A program made the translations under genes and the position numbers. A DNA stretch of 64,000 nt from Octopus sinensis (Eukaryota): NCBI RefSeq assembly GCF_006345805.1, contig NC_043009.1, positions 45,260,001 through 45,324,000 on the forward strand. The letters run 5' to 3'. Positions 11,176 to 24,250 of this stretch are shown here, one piece after another. The notes below the pieces were generated by a model. It did not search any database. It had not been told where the DNA came from and was given only the letters and a program-made list of their open reading frames with translations. The first letter of the stretch is position 1. Each line of letters opens with the position of its first letter.

Positions 11176-13304
11176 ATGAGGTTCGTTGATCTGCTCTTGA
11201 TTAAAATGGTGTAGTTAACATAATTTAACTGAACCAAGACATGTACATAAAATTGAAATTAATATACTCCCACATGACACAAGTATTTTGTGATTTAATG
11301 ACAGGTAAAAATGGAAAATGCAACAATTTTAGAGCAGTAATTGTAACCATTACATGCTCCACCATAATTTACTTAAAATAGTTCACTTCTTACGAATATT
11401 TCGCTTTGATCTCGCTAAAAGCAGCGATAAAGAGATGCTACGCAAATGAAGATTTCATTTAAAACGAAACTCAGATAGGAAAAGGAAAAAAATGTTCTTC
11501 GGCTTGTGTAATTAGCTTAGTTAATGTAATTTAACACATATTTACATACAATTAGTATAGTTACTTAGAGCTATGCTGCTATATTATGTTCAATAATAGA
11601 GAAGAAAGGGTAAGATCTAGTTTTCTCTGAACTCCTTCCTATCAGACTCTCTTTATCCTAGAAATAGATGTATTCGTAGTCGTGGCAAAAGATAATAATA
11701 ATAATATTCTAAATAAGGGGCTGGCCATTCAGTTAGGGGTGTGCGTGTGCATGGCTTCATATGAGTAAGGCAAGTGTCTGATACATATGTTCAACTGATC
11801 CATTAGTAAAAAAAAATGATCACGTGAGTAAATGACGACTAAATAACTGTAAAAACAAAGGAGTTCAGTTCTTTCATTGATGATAGATGATGGGGAACTG
11901 GCGAGGAGATGCTCATGCCAGGTTCAAATTGGAAGGGTCTTCAGTTTAGGTTCACACTCATGAATCTTCGTAAGGTTGATGATCATCATCCTCATCCTCA
12001 TCATTATTATCATCATTATAATTAGCAGCCATCATTATCATTTTCCTTATTGATAGCATCGTCGTCAGGATTGTCATTATCAGCGTCATTATGATCATTA
12101 TCATCGTAATCGTCATTACACTCATCATCATCATCATCGTAATCCGTGACTGTCATCATCATCATTGTCATTATCATTATCATTCTCCTCGCCCTCCCCT
12201 CATCGTCAATTTAATTTCGGTTACGTTCCTTAAGAAAGACGTGAATTTCAGGTAATTGTAATCCTATGTTTCTTCTTAGAATTGGGAAGGCTGAAACGAG
12301 GATTTGAAACACGTGCTCTCCAAGTGCATAAGCACTGGTAACACCAGTGAAGAGAAATAGCACCGTGTACATTTGAAAGTGTAGCATCGAATGCGTGGAC
12401 AGGTTAGTGATGAGCTCCTTTCGTCACTTCAATGGGGGATTGTTGGTAATATAAATTGTTATTACCGTTACTTCCGTTGAATGTTTTCAGATGAGCTTCA
12501 TTTCATAGTCTCACCGGTTGGAAATTTTCCATAAGAACTCGCTCGCATTGCTAAAAGTTTACTAAACGTCCTGTATATCTCATGGACACAGTAGAAATTC
12601 TATGCTCGATGGTTTCTCTCAGAAGATATGAATTGTGTTATAAACTCATTCCTCATTGTTTTTCTATAGAATATGACTGTGATTTCATTACGATCAGTGT
12701 TAAAAACTAGCATGCTTAATCTTAACGGTTTCCCTCGTTTTAATGTTTCCTATACTTTAAATAATAGCCGATAGAACTACTAACTAATTACTTACCTCTT
12801 AAAGTTATGATATGAAACGACAGCCTATGCCAAAAGCACCTCTGTCATGTTCGTACAAAGATCTAAAATCTAAGCCGAAATCCCCTGTACTATCCCAAAA
12901 TACAATGCTCCACCATACTTCCATCTCTCTCCTCCCCCACTCATTTTAAATCATGTTCATTATCTTTTAATTTTCAATAGAAAATTCTATTTTCCACCTG
13001 TCAGTTATTATTGTTCGCTTTTTCTTGACATTCCAACATTTTGGCATTCTTTCCTCATTTCTTCCTAAAAACCATTCAGTAATATTGTCCAGTACGATGC
13101 TTAATAACTATTTGAACAATCTGAGAACATTCTCCGTCATCTAGTCTGTATTGTAGAGAGCTGTGCAATGTCTATGGTTGCTTGGAAAAGGGATCTGTGA
13201 AACTAGCAGTAATCTGTGAAGTTTTAGATTCGAAATATCTTATAAAGTAATAGATCATAGATTGACTTCTATTTCATATAGGTCATTATCACGATCATTT
13301 AGTT

Positions 13305-13660
13305 TACACATGGATGGAAGCACTCCGTCGGTTACGACGACGAGGGTTCCGGTTGATCCGAATCAACGGAACAGCCTGCTCGTGAAATTAACGTGTAAGT
13401 GGCTGAGCACTCCACAGACACGTGTACCCTTAACGTAGTTCTCGGGGATATTCAGCGTGACACAGAAACAGGAAGTAAGAGTGAGAGAAAGTTGTGGTGA
13501 AAGAGTACAGCAGGGATCACCACCATCCCCTGCCGGAGCCTCGTGGAGCTTTAGGTGTTTTCGCTCAATAAACACTCACAACGCCCGGTCTGGGAATCGA
13601 AACCGCGATCCTATGACCGCAAATCCGCTGCCCTAACAACTGAGCCATTGCGCCTCCACT
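13305..13660 (-). mobile_element. tRNA-head SINE family C
   Basis: Minus-strand head GGCGCAATGGCTCAGTTGTTAGG..GGTTTCGATTCCCAGACC. Body AAACACCTAAAGCTCCACGAGGCTCCGGCAGGGGA is shared with 18020-18298. Confidence 0.8.
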
Positions 13661-13727
13661 ACAATTTACACATACACACATGTGTGTCAATAGAACACAC
13701 AACCATACTCCAAATAATTTATTTGTT

Positions 13728-13860
13728 AATTCAAGTATTTAAAAACTTCCTGCTTGTCATTTTGATTTCCGCCTTCAAGGATTTTATACACTCTTAACAT
13801 TTGTAGCCTTTCTCTTGCACTTGTGGAGTCTTGAAGGTAATTCAAGCATCTTCTGTCTAT
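13728..13860 (-). mobile_element. CR1/L2-like LINE C-terminal remnant, copy 2
   Basis: Peptide IDRRCLNYLQDSTSARERLQMLRVYKILEGGNQNDKQEVFKY. Diverged direct repeat of 11043-11175. Confidence 0.4.
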
Positions 13861-13862
13861 AC

Positions 13863-13916
<54 letters not shown>

Positions 13917-14013
13917 GTATCAATGTATGTATATATGTATGTGATTTGTATTGCCATAAAGGAAATAGTTATTTAATTGTGTGGAGATTCTGTATTGCAT
14001 AATTTTCAGTATA

Positions 14014-14185
14014 CGTAGGCGCAGGCGTAGTTCTGTGGTATGAAACTTGCTTCCCAACCAGATGGTTCCGGGTTCAGTCCCACTGTGTGGTACGTTGGGC
14101 AAGTGTCTTCTACTGTGGCCTTGGGCCGACCAAAGCCTTGTGAGTAAATTTGGCAAACGGAAACTGAAAGCAGGCCGTCGTATAT
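14014..14185 (+). mobile_element. tRNA-head SINE family B, 5' half
   Basis: GGCGCAGGCGTAG..GGTTCCGGGTTCAGTCCCACTG..TTGGGCAAGTGTCTTCTACT..GGAAACTGAAAG. Matches 22783-23217 and 26455-26870 in reverse. Confidence 0.85.
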
Positions 14186-14214
14186 ATATATATATATATG
14201 ATTAAATAAATGCG

Positions 14215-14446
14215 CCGTTTTCAAGCCTAACCAGGGTCATGGGCCCGGTTTCCCGGTTTCTATGGTGTATATGTTCCCCAGCTGGACAGGACGACAGTCC
14301 ATCGCAGTGTTACTAATTTTTGCCAGCTGAGTGGACTGAAGCAACGTGAAATGAAGTGTTTTGCCCAAGAAAACAACGCGTCGCCCGGTCCAGGAATCGA
14401 AACCACAATCTTACGATCATGGTGCTGACACCCTAACAACTAAGCC
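14215..14446 (-). mobile_element. tRNA-head SINE family D with tail shared with 18020-18298
   Basis: Head complement GGAATCGAAACCACAATCTTACGATC..CCCTAACAACTAAGCC; tail TCATGGGCCCGGTTT..CCAGCTGGAC.GGAC. Confidence 0.75.
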
Positions 14447-15247
14447 TAATAATTAAGGACGTTATCAGTAACATCACTCTCAGAAAATGAAAACAAACAT
14501 CCACTAAAAAAGAAAAAAAAGAATGAATTACAATAAATCTGTTAGTAATAGAACACAAATTATTAGTAAGCACCAAAATTCCAGTTACACTAACTATGTG
14601 GTAATAGATGAAACATTACTCAATGCCTAATATTGTAAAATTTATTTGGCAATCATGGCAAGCAATTCTGAATGTGTTTTAGCTTTCATAATCATCTTCA
14701 GCGAAGCATAGACGTGGTTATACTTATATTATATTGTACGTGATTGAAATAATATTATCCATTACTATTATCTTTACTAGTCACCTTACTGCTACACCGT
14801 AAAAAAAAAAAGCAAAAAGATAAAAATATATACATACATTCATATAAACATTCGTACCGTCTATGTATGCACTAGGGCACGTGGCCTAGTGGATAAGCTG
14901 TTAGTCTTTCTCCCAATAATAGTCGTGGATTCAGTTCTTGCACCGGGAATAATGTTTCGGCTGAAAAGGTGTACCGGCTTCGTGGTCTCTTTTGTGTAGC
15001 TCTCTTTCCTATCTCTCTGATATTTGAAGTCTGTAACAGAAGCCAGTTAAGTGTCCCTCTGACACTTAGACATCCAAATTTAGACATCCAACTGCTCTTG
15101 AACATCCAAAGTTGATTTCCGAATAATTTTAAAGAGGAAACTTCTTAGGAACAAAATACTTTTATTGGTGTATATCTTAATTTCCACTAACACATATATA
15201 AAATATACGTACATTTATTTAATTATTTTATTGTTTTTATCTTTGTC

Positions 15248-15315
15248 CTGATGAGTGACTATATTTAAATTGAATTGATTTTATTGTTATCAAATTGAAA
15301 ATATAGCCACGAAAC
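15248..15315 (+). ncRNA. Hammerhead-like core with long stem II (incomplete)
   Basis: CTGATGA (15248-15254), stem II GTGACTATATTT/AAATATAGCCAC (11 of 12 pairs), then GAAAC. No stem III or stem I partner found. Confidence 0.35.
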
Positions 15316-15456
15316 ACTAATTATATACTATTTATTTATTATTTAGTACTTTATTTAGTTCTAGGTAAACGTTTTATCGTATCTTAAATTTTTTTCTATA
15401 TGGTATGATTTAAGTATATCATTGTCGAATTGCTTCATGATGGTTCTTCTCTAATT

Positions 15457-15533
<77 letters not shown>

Positions 15534-15759
15534 TAAACGGAGTTAGCGGTTATTATAATTTCCGTATGTACTATCGGTAACCGTTATCCGTGTTATCCCC
15601 GGGCATTGATATGCAGGCACACTATGCACGTAGAGTGCAGGTAAGAAGACATTATCAGGAAACACATGCAAATAATCAGAAAATGGAGGAAATCTCAGAT
15701 TAACAAACACATCGATTGGACCACATTTCTAGTTTATTTTTTAATACAAAGCATAACAC

Positions 15760-15965
15760 AGTTGCGGAATTATGAACATTATTTACATTTGACGGACATT
15801 TGTCCTCATCTTGTTTGTTTACCCTCCAGCGTTCATCAGATGTCTTGGGGGAAATTCCTAAGGTATTTTTCGATATTATTATTATTATTATTATTGAGGT
15901 TAATGCTTGGAATCGAACTCGGAATATTGGGGCTGGCTCTTAACCACTGCGCCATATGTCCGCGG
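15760..15965 (-). mobile_element. Composite tRNA-head/(AAT)n/HHR-tail SINE with internal deletion in the ribozyme
   Basis: Minus strand reads GGACATATGGCGCAGTGGTTAAGAGC..CCGAGTTCGATTCCA..(AAT)n ATCGAAAAATACCTTAGG..AAGACAT-CTGATGA-ACGCTGGAGGG[deletion]TAAACAAACAAGATGAGGACAAAT. Confidence 0.7.
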
Positions 15966-16059
15966 GAAATTATGGAGGGAATTTTATGTATTATAAATCT
16001 AATATTTTCCTATCCTTCCTTAAAACAGGTTCCAATATGCTTTTCATATTTTCACTCGG

Positions 16060-16165
16060 TCTTCTTAGGAGGGTATATCATCCGAAATGTTGTGTTAACA
16101 ACAAACAAGATGCAGACAAATATACGTCAAATGTAAATACCGTAAATAATGTACAAATCATGACA
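16060..16165 (+). mobile_element. 5'-truncated HHR-tail copy, inverted relative to 15760-15965
   Basis: GGAGGGTATATCATCCGAAATGTTGTGTTAACAACAAACAAGATGCAGACAAATATACGTCAAATGTAAATA. Lacks the CUGANGA half. Confidence 0.65.
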
Positions 16166-16274
16166 TAATAAATATGTGACGTAACAATAAGCTATATAAA
16201 TATGCTATAAATGTGGTCCAATCGATGTGTTTGTTAATCTGAGGTTTTCTCTACTTTCTGATTATCTGTGCATA

Positions 16275-16393
<119 letters not shown>

Positions 16394-16448
16394 CATATAT
16401 ATATATATATGTATATATATGTATATATATATATATATATATAAATAA

Positions 16449-16479
<31 letters not shown>

Positions 16480-16637
16480 ATATTATATATATATATGTAT
16501 GCATATATCTATATATATCTATATATTATCAAGCTAATATATTTTCGTATAAAGTGGTCAAGGAGAGCCTAGGTAGGCCCCCTACAACAATTAGAAAAGT
16601 ACAGTAGAATCTATCAGGTTATACTCGTGTGTGTGTG

Positions 16638-16671
<34 letters not shown>

Positions 16672-17383
16672 ATGTGTGTGTGTGTGTGTGTGCTCGTGCG
16701 CACATATTTGTTTCTATGGACATGAAATATCTGTTAATTATCTAATCATGCCACCAATAAATTTAAGCATTTAAACTTGGTTTGCTAAATTAAAATATTG
16801 CTTGCTCTAAGATCTGTTCTTGGGCAAATGAATGAAGGCCACAATACTTCTGACGACCATCCAACCTACAACAAACAATATAATTATCATCTTCATTTGT
16901 CTTGTAGCTAAGAGAATAACAAGGAGCATTTACAATTGTAGACGTAGGCGCTAAACGTTGTAAAATATCATCACATCTCCAGACGTAGGCGCTAAAAATT
17001 GTAAATTTATGAGATGTCTTCATTATATGACATTTGTATTAGACACTCATATAAATACATACATACATACATACATACATACTTGTGTGTATGTGAATAT
17101 ATATACATATATACAAGCTATATGTAAAATAGTGTGTGCATATGTATAAGTCTTCGTATGCGTACTTATCTGAAAGTGCCTTAGGTTGAATGCGATAAGT
17201 TTAAGATATGTTTAAAGTATAGAAAGATGCAGATGTTTGACAACGAATATGTTGAAATATCTCATCGGATAAATAAAGAACGTTGAGATTTCCTTCAATT
17301 TATTTAGCCACGTTTCATTACTTCCGACATTCCCTTGAACTCCCTATGCATATATATATATATATATATATAATATATATATA

Positions 17384-17423
<40 letters not shown>

Positions 17424-17869
17424 TATATATGTGTGTGTGTGTGTGTTGTGTGTGTGTGTGCGTGTCTGTGTGTATGTGTGTACCTGTATTTGTGTATGTG
17501 TACATAAATACATTCACACACAAGAACAACTCATTTGTACAGAAAGCTTAAAGGCGGCGCATGTATTCTAATGATAAATGATAATATATCTAAATTGTTG
17601 AAGTATCTGTTCATAGAGAATCATGACAGTAAGGAAAAATGTCTAAGCTAAATTAAATAGGTTTAGACAGTTGACTAATGGTACAAATATGATAGAATAA
17701 CATAGTGTATATATGTATGTGTTATATGTGTCAGTTTATGAATGGGTATAAGCACATGACATACATACACACTTGAAGATTCTTGCACGACATTCCCGTA
17801 TCCAATAAAAATTTTAATTGCAAAAGCAATTCCATTTGCAAATAATGTATGCAACTGAACTGTGAAGGT

Positions 17870-18000
17870 ACATACAAACATACATACATACATACATACA
17901 TACATACATTCATACTACATACATACATACATACATGCATACATACATACATACATACATACATACATACATACATACATACATACATACATACATACAT
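17870..18000. repeat. (TACA)n microsatellite
   Basis: Directly visible tract. Confidence 0.9.
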
Positions 18001-18019
18001 ACGTATTTTATTTTTTATT

Positions 18020-18298
18020 CATGCGCCGTTTTCAAGACTAGCGAGACTCATGGGCCCGGTTTTCCAGTTTCTATGGCGTATGTGTTGCCCTCCAGCTGGA
18101 CGGGACGCCAGTCCATTGCAGCGTTGCTCAAGAAAGAGGAAGAAAGAGTGAGAGAAAGTTGGGACAAAAGAGTACAACAGAGGTCGCTACCATCCCCTGC
18201 CGGAGCTTCGTGGAGCTTTAGGTGTTTCCGCTCAATAAACACACACAACCTCCGACCGCGAGTCCGCTGACCTAACCACTGGGTCATTGCACCTCCAT
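18020..18298 (-). mobile_element. Chimeric SINE: family C head and body with the tail of 14215-14446
   Basis: 18135-18298 matches 13480-13660; 18040-18125 matches 14235-14310. Confidence 0.7.
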
Positions 18299-18623
18299 AC
18301 ATACATTCGTATATACATACATAATTACATCATACACTTCTCGAAGCGACAAGTCTCGTATTTGGTGTGGCAGACTATTTATCGAAAATACGATGAATAC
18401 TATCTCCAACTTCGGAGCCACAACTATCAGCCTTGTTAAATACCTGGCTAATCTACAGATGAATTATCTGATTGAGCCTTTTATTCACGATTGTAGTGAC
18501 TTTCGACTGAAACTTTAATTTAGCATGCATAGAGTTACTACAAACAACATGGCTGAATAACAGTTCAACAGGTAAACAATTCTTTCTAGCTGTAGTTATA
18601 GAAGGAACCGTAACTACAAAACT

Positions 18624-19815
18624 CATTTCTCTTGGAGTTATGAACTGAATAAGGATCTACTTAACTGCTACGAAAAAGCGAAACAAAACCCCGCTGTTGG
18701 CTATATGAATCGATTGAAATCTTATCGGGATGATCTGCATTCAGAATTAAATAATTTTACTGCGAAGCAACTACGCCAACAGGCAACATTTGTAGAACAT
18801 AGAAAGAAGGTTAGTAACTGAAACTTTATTAAAAAATCGAAAATTAACCTTCTTCCCAACTCTATAAACAAATACAAAAACGTGAATGATTTAAGACCAC
18901 CACGTAGCTTTGCAGCTGGCGACACTCCAACAGATTCTACAGTGTCTGCCAGCCAAATACATTACTGCCTCAAGTAACTGGCCACTGTCCCCCTACTATG
19001 GCTATGGTAAATCGCAACGATTATTGTAGTAGTAGTGGTAGTCAGGATTATATGCTGGTGAAGTGTGCCCTTACTGAAATTTTCCGAGAAAAAATAACTT
19101 TGGCTTTGAAGTACTCTCTCGAGGAGGGAATATTTTCAGCCAGAGTAAGTAAAAAAATCCCACCAGATACAGTATTAAAAACTGTTAACGAAATTGGTGA
19201 TGAGTATTTACAACAATGTTATGAACCCACATACTGGCAGATTAACGCCTGCCTATATGCTCTAGCTACTACTGTAAAACAGTACATGAATGATATTAAA
19301 AAAAGTAAACAAAACCGAAATAACAAAGAAAGTACCATCATGGGTTTTTAAGATAGAGAAAAAGATAACTGGTTTACGGAAGACCATCAGTCATGTAATG
19401 ATGCTTATTGCATGCAAACAAGCAAATTACTATAAGTAGCACCAACAGAAAGTAAGGAAAGAGATAGATATGATGCTTGGAGACAGCAAAAAGAGGACAC
19501 TCACTTGCAAACTGATTATCCTCAAGCAGGAGCTAAAAGCTGTCAGTGAAAAACCCCGACATCACAAGAGAATAACCGAGAGAAGAACAATAAACAAAAT
19601 CTTTAACCGCAACCAGGCAGCAGTATACAGAGACATGAGAGGAGGAGCAGTAAACATCATAGAAGCTCCTTCACGAAAAGTCATAGACTTCTTCCGGAGG
19701 AAAATCTGGAGTGAAGAGAAGGAATTTAACCAAGATGCTCTGTGGCTGGAAGAAACCCTAAAAGATTATTGCTCCTTCGTTACATCCAAGACATACAACA
19801 TTTATGGTGAAACTC
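18624..19815 (+). mobile_element. Decayed R4/Dong-clade non-LTR retrotransposon, N-terminal (pre-RT) part
   Basis: Broken frames give HFSWSYELNKDLLNCYEKAKQNPAVGYMNRLKSY..HSELNNFTAKQLRQQA; WQINACLYALATTV; LKQELKAVSEKPRHHKRITERRTINKIFNRNQAAVYRDM..FFRRKIWSEEKEFNQDALWL. These match the remembered R4/Dong ORF N-terminal pattern. Stops and frameshifts are present. Confidence 0.7.
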
Positions 19816-20857
19816 TTGCAATTAGGACACATCTAATATGCTCGTGCTCTTTTATACTATTAAATACTTTAACTCTCTTCAATCCATGTATTATAGTCTT
19901 GTCTTATGCACTCTATCTTCTTTGCGTAAACACTTTTCTGTTCATTTCGTGGCACAAAGCGTTCGTTTACATGGTCCATGAAACAACATAAATGTACCGA
20001 GAAGATGAAGGCTAACAACTTTCGAAAGAATACTTATCCTACTCGGGTCAATAATCACGAAGAATTGTCGGGATTCTAGAAACCAGCTTTTCTGGCTCTG
20101 TCTCTGCGCGAATAAATTCATTGTCCCCAGTTGGGAAATCACAGTGTCACTGTTCCTGCGCCTTCACACCCCTGGTACTAGCCGTGCAACAACTCAATAT
20201 TTTACCTCATTCCTTAACGTTTTGTATCTTTCATCACTTAAGTACATATTTAGCAGCACCTACCCACAACAAGTACTCTTCGTTCTGTTCTATAACGATG
20301 ATATGAATTTTACACTCCTTTGAAAGCATATATAAGAAGAAATACGTACGTGAGATACTCATATGTATCCGTGTGTAGCCATTGGTGTCAACGTGTTATG
20401 TGCCATGTGTGTGTGTGAGTGAGTGAGTGTGTGTGTGTCTATACTGCTCCACATTACCGACATTAAATTAAATATTCTATTTAATTAGTAAGTTGTAAGA
20501 CAACCAACTAAAGATGACCTAGTTTGCAGTATATATTAGCAAACCATCAACCAATAACATTATTCAAAACCGAAGGGACTTAGCGATCTGAAAGCATAAA
20601 TTCCCACGCTCCATATACGTTTACTTACTCTTTTAAACACTACAGATTCTCGTAAATTAACAGTTGGCATTGTTATTATCTTTTCTTTACAGAATGGTGA
20701 ATTTTGAGAAGTAAAATAAAATAATCTTCCTTTGTTCTACACAGAATAATGAGTCGTCACACATGAAACATGAGTTGGTGCTACAATCCTAGTAAAGCAT
20801 CATAATTTAACCACTCACTCAGGCACATACACACGAACGCATGCGCACATGTGTGAA

Positions 20858-20915
<58 letters not shown>

Positions 20916-20975
20916 ATCTATCTATCTATCTATCTATCTATCTGCCTGTCTATCTATCTATATACATGCACACGT

Positions 20976-21203
20976 TGAGCTGGCAGAATCGTTAGCACGC
21001 CAGGCAAAATGCTCAGGGGTATTTCGTCTGCCGCTACATTCTGAGTCCAAAACCCGCCGAGGTCGACTTTGCCTTTCATCCTTTCGGGATCGATTAAATA
21101 AGTACCAGTTACGCACTGGGGTCGATGTAATCGACTTAATCCGTGCGTCTGTCCTTGTTTGTTCCCTCTGTGTTTAGCCCCTTGTGGGTAGTAAAGAAAT
21201 AGG
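20976..21203 (+). mobile_element. SINE family A copy (full length)
   Basis: GAGCTGGCAGAATCGTTAGCACGCC..GAGGTCGACTTTGCCTTTCATCCTTTCGGGATCGATTAAATAAGTACCAGTT..GTTTAGCCCCTTGTGGGTAGTAAAGAAATAG. Confidence 0.9.
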
Positions 21204-21259
21204 TTATGTGCGTATAACGTACATAAAATGTTGCATACAATTAATTACATGTCCACAAA

Positions 21260-21305
<46 letters not shown>

Positions 21306-21734
21306 CCACCACACAGGCATACATATAAACACGCACATATTTACACACATAAACACATACATAATTAATTACATGGATATCAATATAGAATTTAATGTAT
21401 ATATATAGACACGCATAGTCACAAGAGGACAGAGAAATATTTAGATCGAGAACGGGACATACAACAAAGAGAGAAAGATGGGGGAGAGAGAGGAACAGGG
21501 AGAGGAGAGAGAGAGAGAGAAGAAGAGAGAGAGAGAGAAGAGGAGGAGAGAGAGAGAGCAAGGTGAGGAATTGGAAGGAAAGAAAAGAGAGAAGAATGTG
21601 GGCTTTGAAGAGTTTAAATTAAATTTAGAAGAGTATATTGAAAATACATATGGAAGCACGCATCATTGCTTTGACAAAGATATATTACATTAAATCTCAC
21701 GAACAAACACTTATCTGTAGCTTCACTTTATACA

Positions 21735-21801
<67 letters not shown>

Positions 21802-22782
21802 GTACACACACACTTACACACGTATTTGTATATATATACACACCTACAGAAACCGTTGTATGTTCATGAATTCTTTCATTCTGAATATATGATCTAAGAC
21901 TGTTGAAATTCATTGAATTCGCTTAATCACACGCGAGCGCACACACACATACACACATACACCCCCCCCCCCCGATTGTAAATATATTCAATTTTGTAAG
22001 CAGCTTTGGCTTATATATATATATATGTGTGTGTGTGTGTTTGGGTGTGTGATGTGTGTGTGTGTGATTCTGTGATGTGAGATGTGTATGTTTGTGTGAT
22101 GTGTGATGTGTGAGTGTGTATGTAAGTACATGCGCTTTCCTATATATTTGCGCATATATGACTAACGTTACTATAAGGGGGAGTGTAGTTCATTGACTTC
22201 ACTTTAGTAGTCAACCGCCACTGATTTTTATTGATCCTAGGCGGATAAAAATTAAAGTTATACTGATTTTGCCAATAGCCACTCTTAGATATCTAAACAT
22301 TGTATAAATAATGATAACTCTCTCTCTCTCGCCCCCTCTTTCTCTCTTTTTGTATAGTATATTCGTCTAAGAACCCATTAGCTAGAATCCAGAAAATAAA
22401 TGGGTCTCCTATATCTGTCATTAGTAGTGCATGTGTATGTACACGTACAAAGATAATGCATACTTATTTACTTTCATTTCGTATCACAATTAGTGAACAA
22501 CAGCCTCGTTCGTTACAGGTTTCCTATCTACCAATCACGAGGTGATGGCATTTGATACAATGACAGTTTGAATCAGAGTGTTTGTAACTCGGTGCAGATT
22601 ATATATAATTTTTCAGTAAAATCCTTTTACCTGTTGTTTTGGCGATGTTTGTCTCATTTGCCGATATTAGTTATGGGTTTCCATAATTCGACCTTGAAAC
22701 TTCATTTCTTCAAACAGCTGCATTACTAGTCCTTGCATTAACGTGTAATCGGTTGAGTATTCTGCAGGCAACTCTTTACTCT

Positions 22783-23006
22783 CTTTTACTCTTTTACTCT
22801 TTTACTTGTTTCAGTCATTTGACTGCGGCCATGCTAGAGCACCGCCTTTAGTCGAGCAACTCGACCCCGGGACTTTTTCTTTGTAAGCCCAGTACTTATT
22901 CTATCGGTCTCTTTTGCCGGACCGCTAAGTGACGGGGACATAAACACACCAGCATCAGTTGTCAAGCAATGCTAGGAGGACAAACACAGACACACAGACA
23001 TACACG

Positions 23007-23068
<62 letters not shown>

Positions 23069-23217
23069 TACGACGGGCTTCTTTCAGTTTCCGTCTACCA
23101 AATCCACTCACAAGGCTTTGGTCAGCCCGAGGCTATAGTAGAAGACACTTGCCCAAGGTGCCCCGCAGTGGGACTGAACCCGGAACCATGTGGTTGGTAA
23201 GCAAGCTACTTACCACT
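22783..23217 (-). mobile_element. SINE family B (near full length, internal (CA)n/(TA)n)
   Basis: (CTCTTTTA)n tail, CCGCTAAGT.ACGGGGAC body, GACGGGCTTCTTTCAGTTTCCGTC, tRNA-like head complement GGGACTGAACCCGGAACC. Confidence 0.9.
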
Positions 23218-23894
23218 GGGCGAAAATTAATTTTCAGGCACAATCAGCGAGACAGTATATGACGGGGCTCAACATTTTAAATTACAGATACAATTTATCC
23301 GATGAGCTTTTATACAGTTACCATGTAGCCAATTTCTGCCACAAGGTATAGATTGTCTTGAGTCTATTGAAAATGATACTCTAACAGTTGCCACGCAGTG
23401 GGATCGGACAAATGGGCTCCTGGTTGCAAAACCAACGTAGCCGTTCGGTCATTTGCGCCTACTTGGCCGATATTCATCTGCGAAAATTACAAATACTTTT
23501 CGCGCAGGTCACCTCGATCAAATGTCAGTTTTGTGAACGTTAGATATTTTGCTCATATCGTTCATATTTTCACCGCTGTCCACCAACGGGGAATTTTTAT
23601 ATTCTTTATTTGCCAATCCTGGTACAAAATCCTTTGTTCTGAAATGACATGTTCAAATAAGTTTCGTACAGTAACTTATTAGGTGATAACTTATTAGCTG
23701 ATTATTATTTTAATGGGTAATTAGCCAATATTATATTAGTGGGTAATTAGCTTATATTATTTTAATGGGTAATTAGCTTATATTTTGTCATTTAATAACG
23801 ATTATAAGTAGTTTGTTTATCATTTAAAAAAGTATGTTCTTACAATATTTTATCATCGTGAAGTGATATTATTTATTGCGTTATAAAATAATTA

Positions 23895-24250
23895 TAAACA
23901 AGAGCACTCAGAGAGCGCAAACCTCCGCCAAGGCAACACCAACGTCCTCTCAACGATTAGCAAGAGATGCTTTTTTTTTAATGAGAATATCTGAAATAAA
24001 CTCGATTGCCCTCACAAACAAAAATACTAAAATTGAACCCGACCGGGGAAAAAAAAAAGAAACCAGAATCCTTGCCCGGTACCGAATCGATCCCAAAATC
24101 TAATCAGTTCGTACCAGTCACGAGGCCTAACATCACTGAAGGTTTCATTTGAATCCATCCAGCGGTTCTTGAGATATCTTGTCCACGGATAAACAAACAA
24201 ACAAACACAACTGAAAACAATACTTCCACCTTCGCTAAGGCGGAGGTAAC
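23895..24250 (+). mobile_element. Helentron-associated (HINE/DINE-1-like) non-autonomous element
   Basis: Subterminal inverted repeat ACCTCCGCC (23921-23929) / GGCGGAGGT (24239-24247), 3' stem-loop ACTTCCACCTT-CGCT-AAGGCGGAGGT, internal (AAAC)n, A/T-rich flanks. Confidence 0.55.

Noticed and set aside
13590-13660. tRNA-like sequences with A and B boxes (also about 14014, 15900 and 26810)
   Set aside because: They continue into multi-copy SINE bodies and do not form a full cloverleaf; they are SINE heads, not tRNA genes.
14670-14710. CTGAAGA-TGATTAT-GAAA-GCTA on the - strand
   Set aside because: The core motifs are present but neither stem II nor stem I can pair; probably chance.
16936-16996. 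Direct repeat AGACGTAGGCGCTAAA x2 with a spacer
   Set aside because: Only two units in a eukaryotic context with no cas genes; not a CRISPR array.
23700-23785. Three ~26-bp TAATGGGTAATTAGC units
   Set aside because: Short degenerate minisatellite with no further structure.
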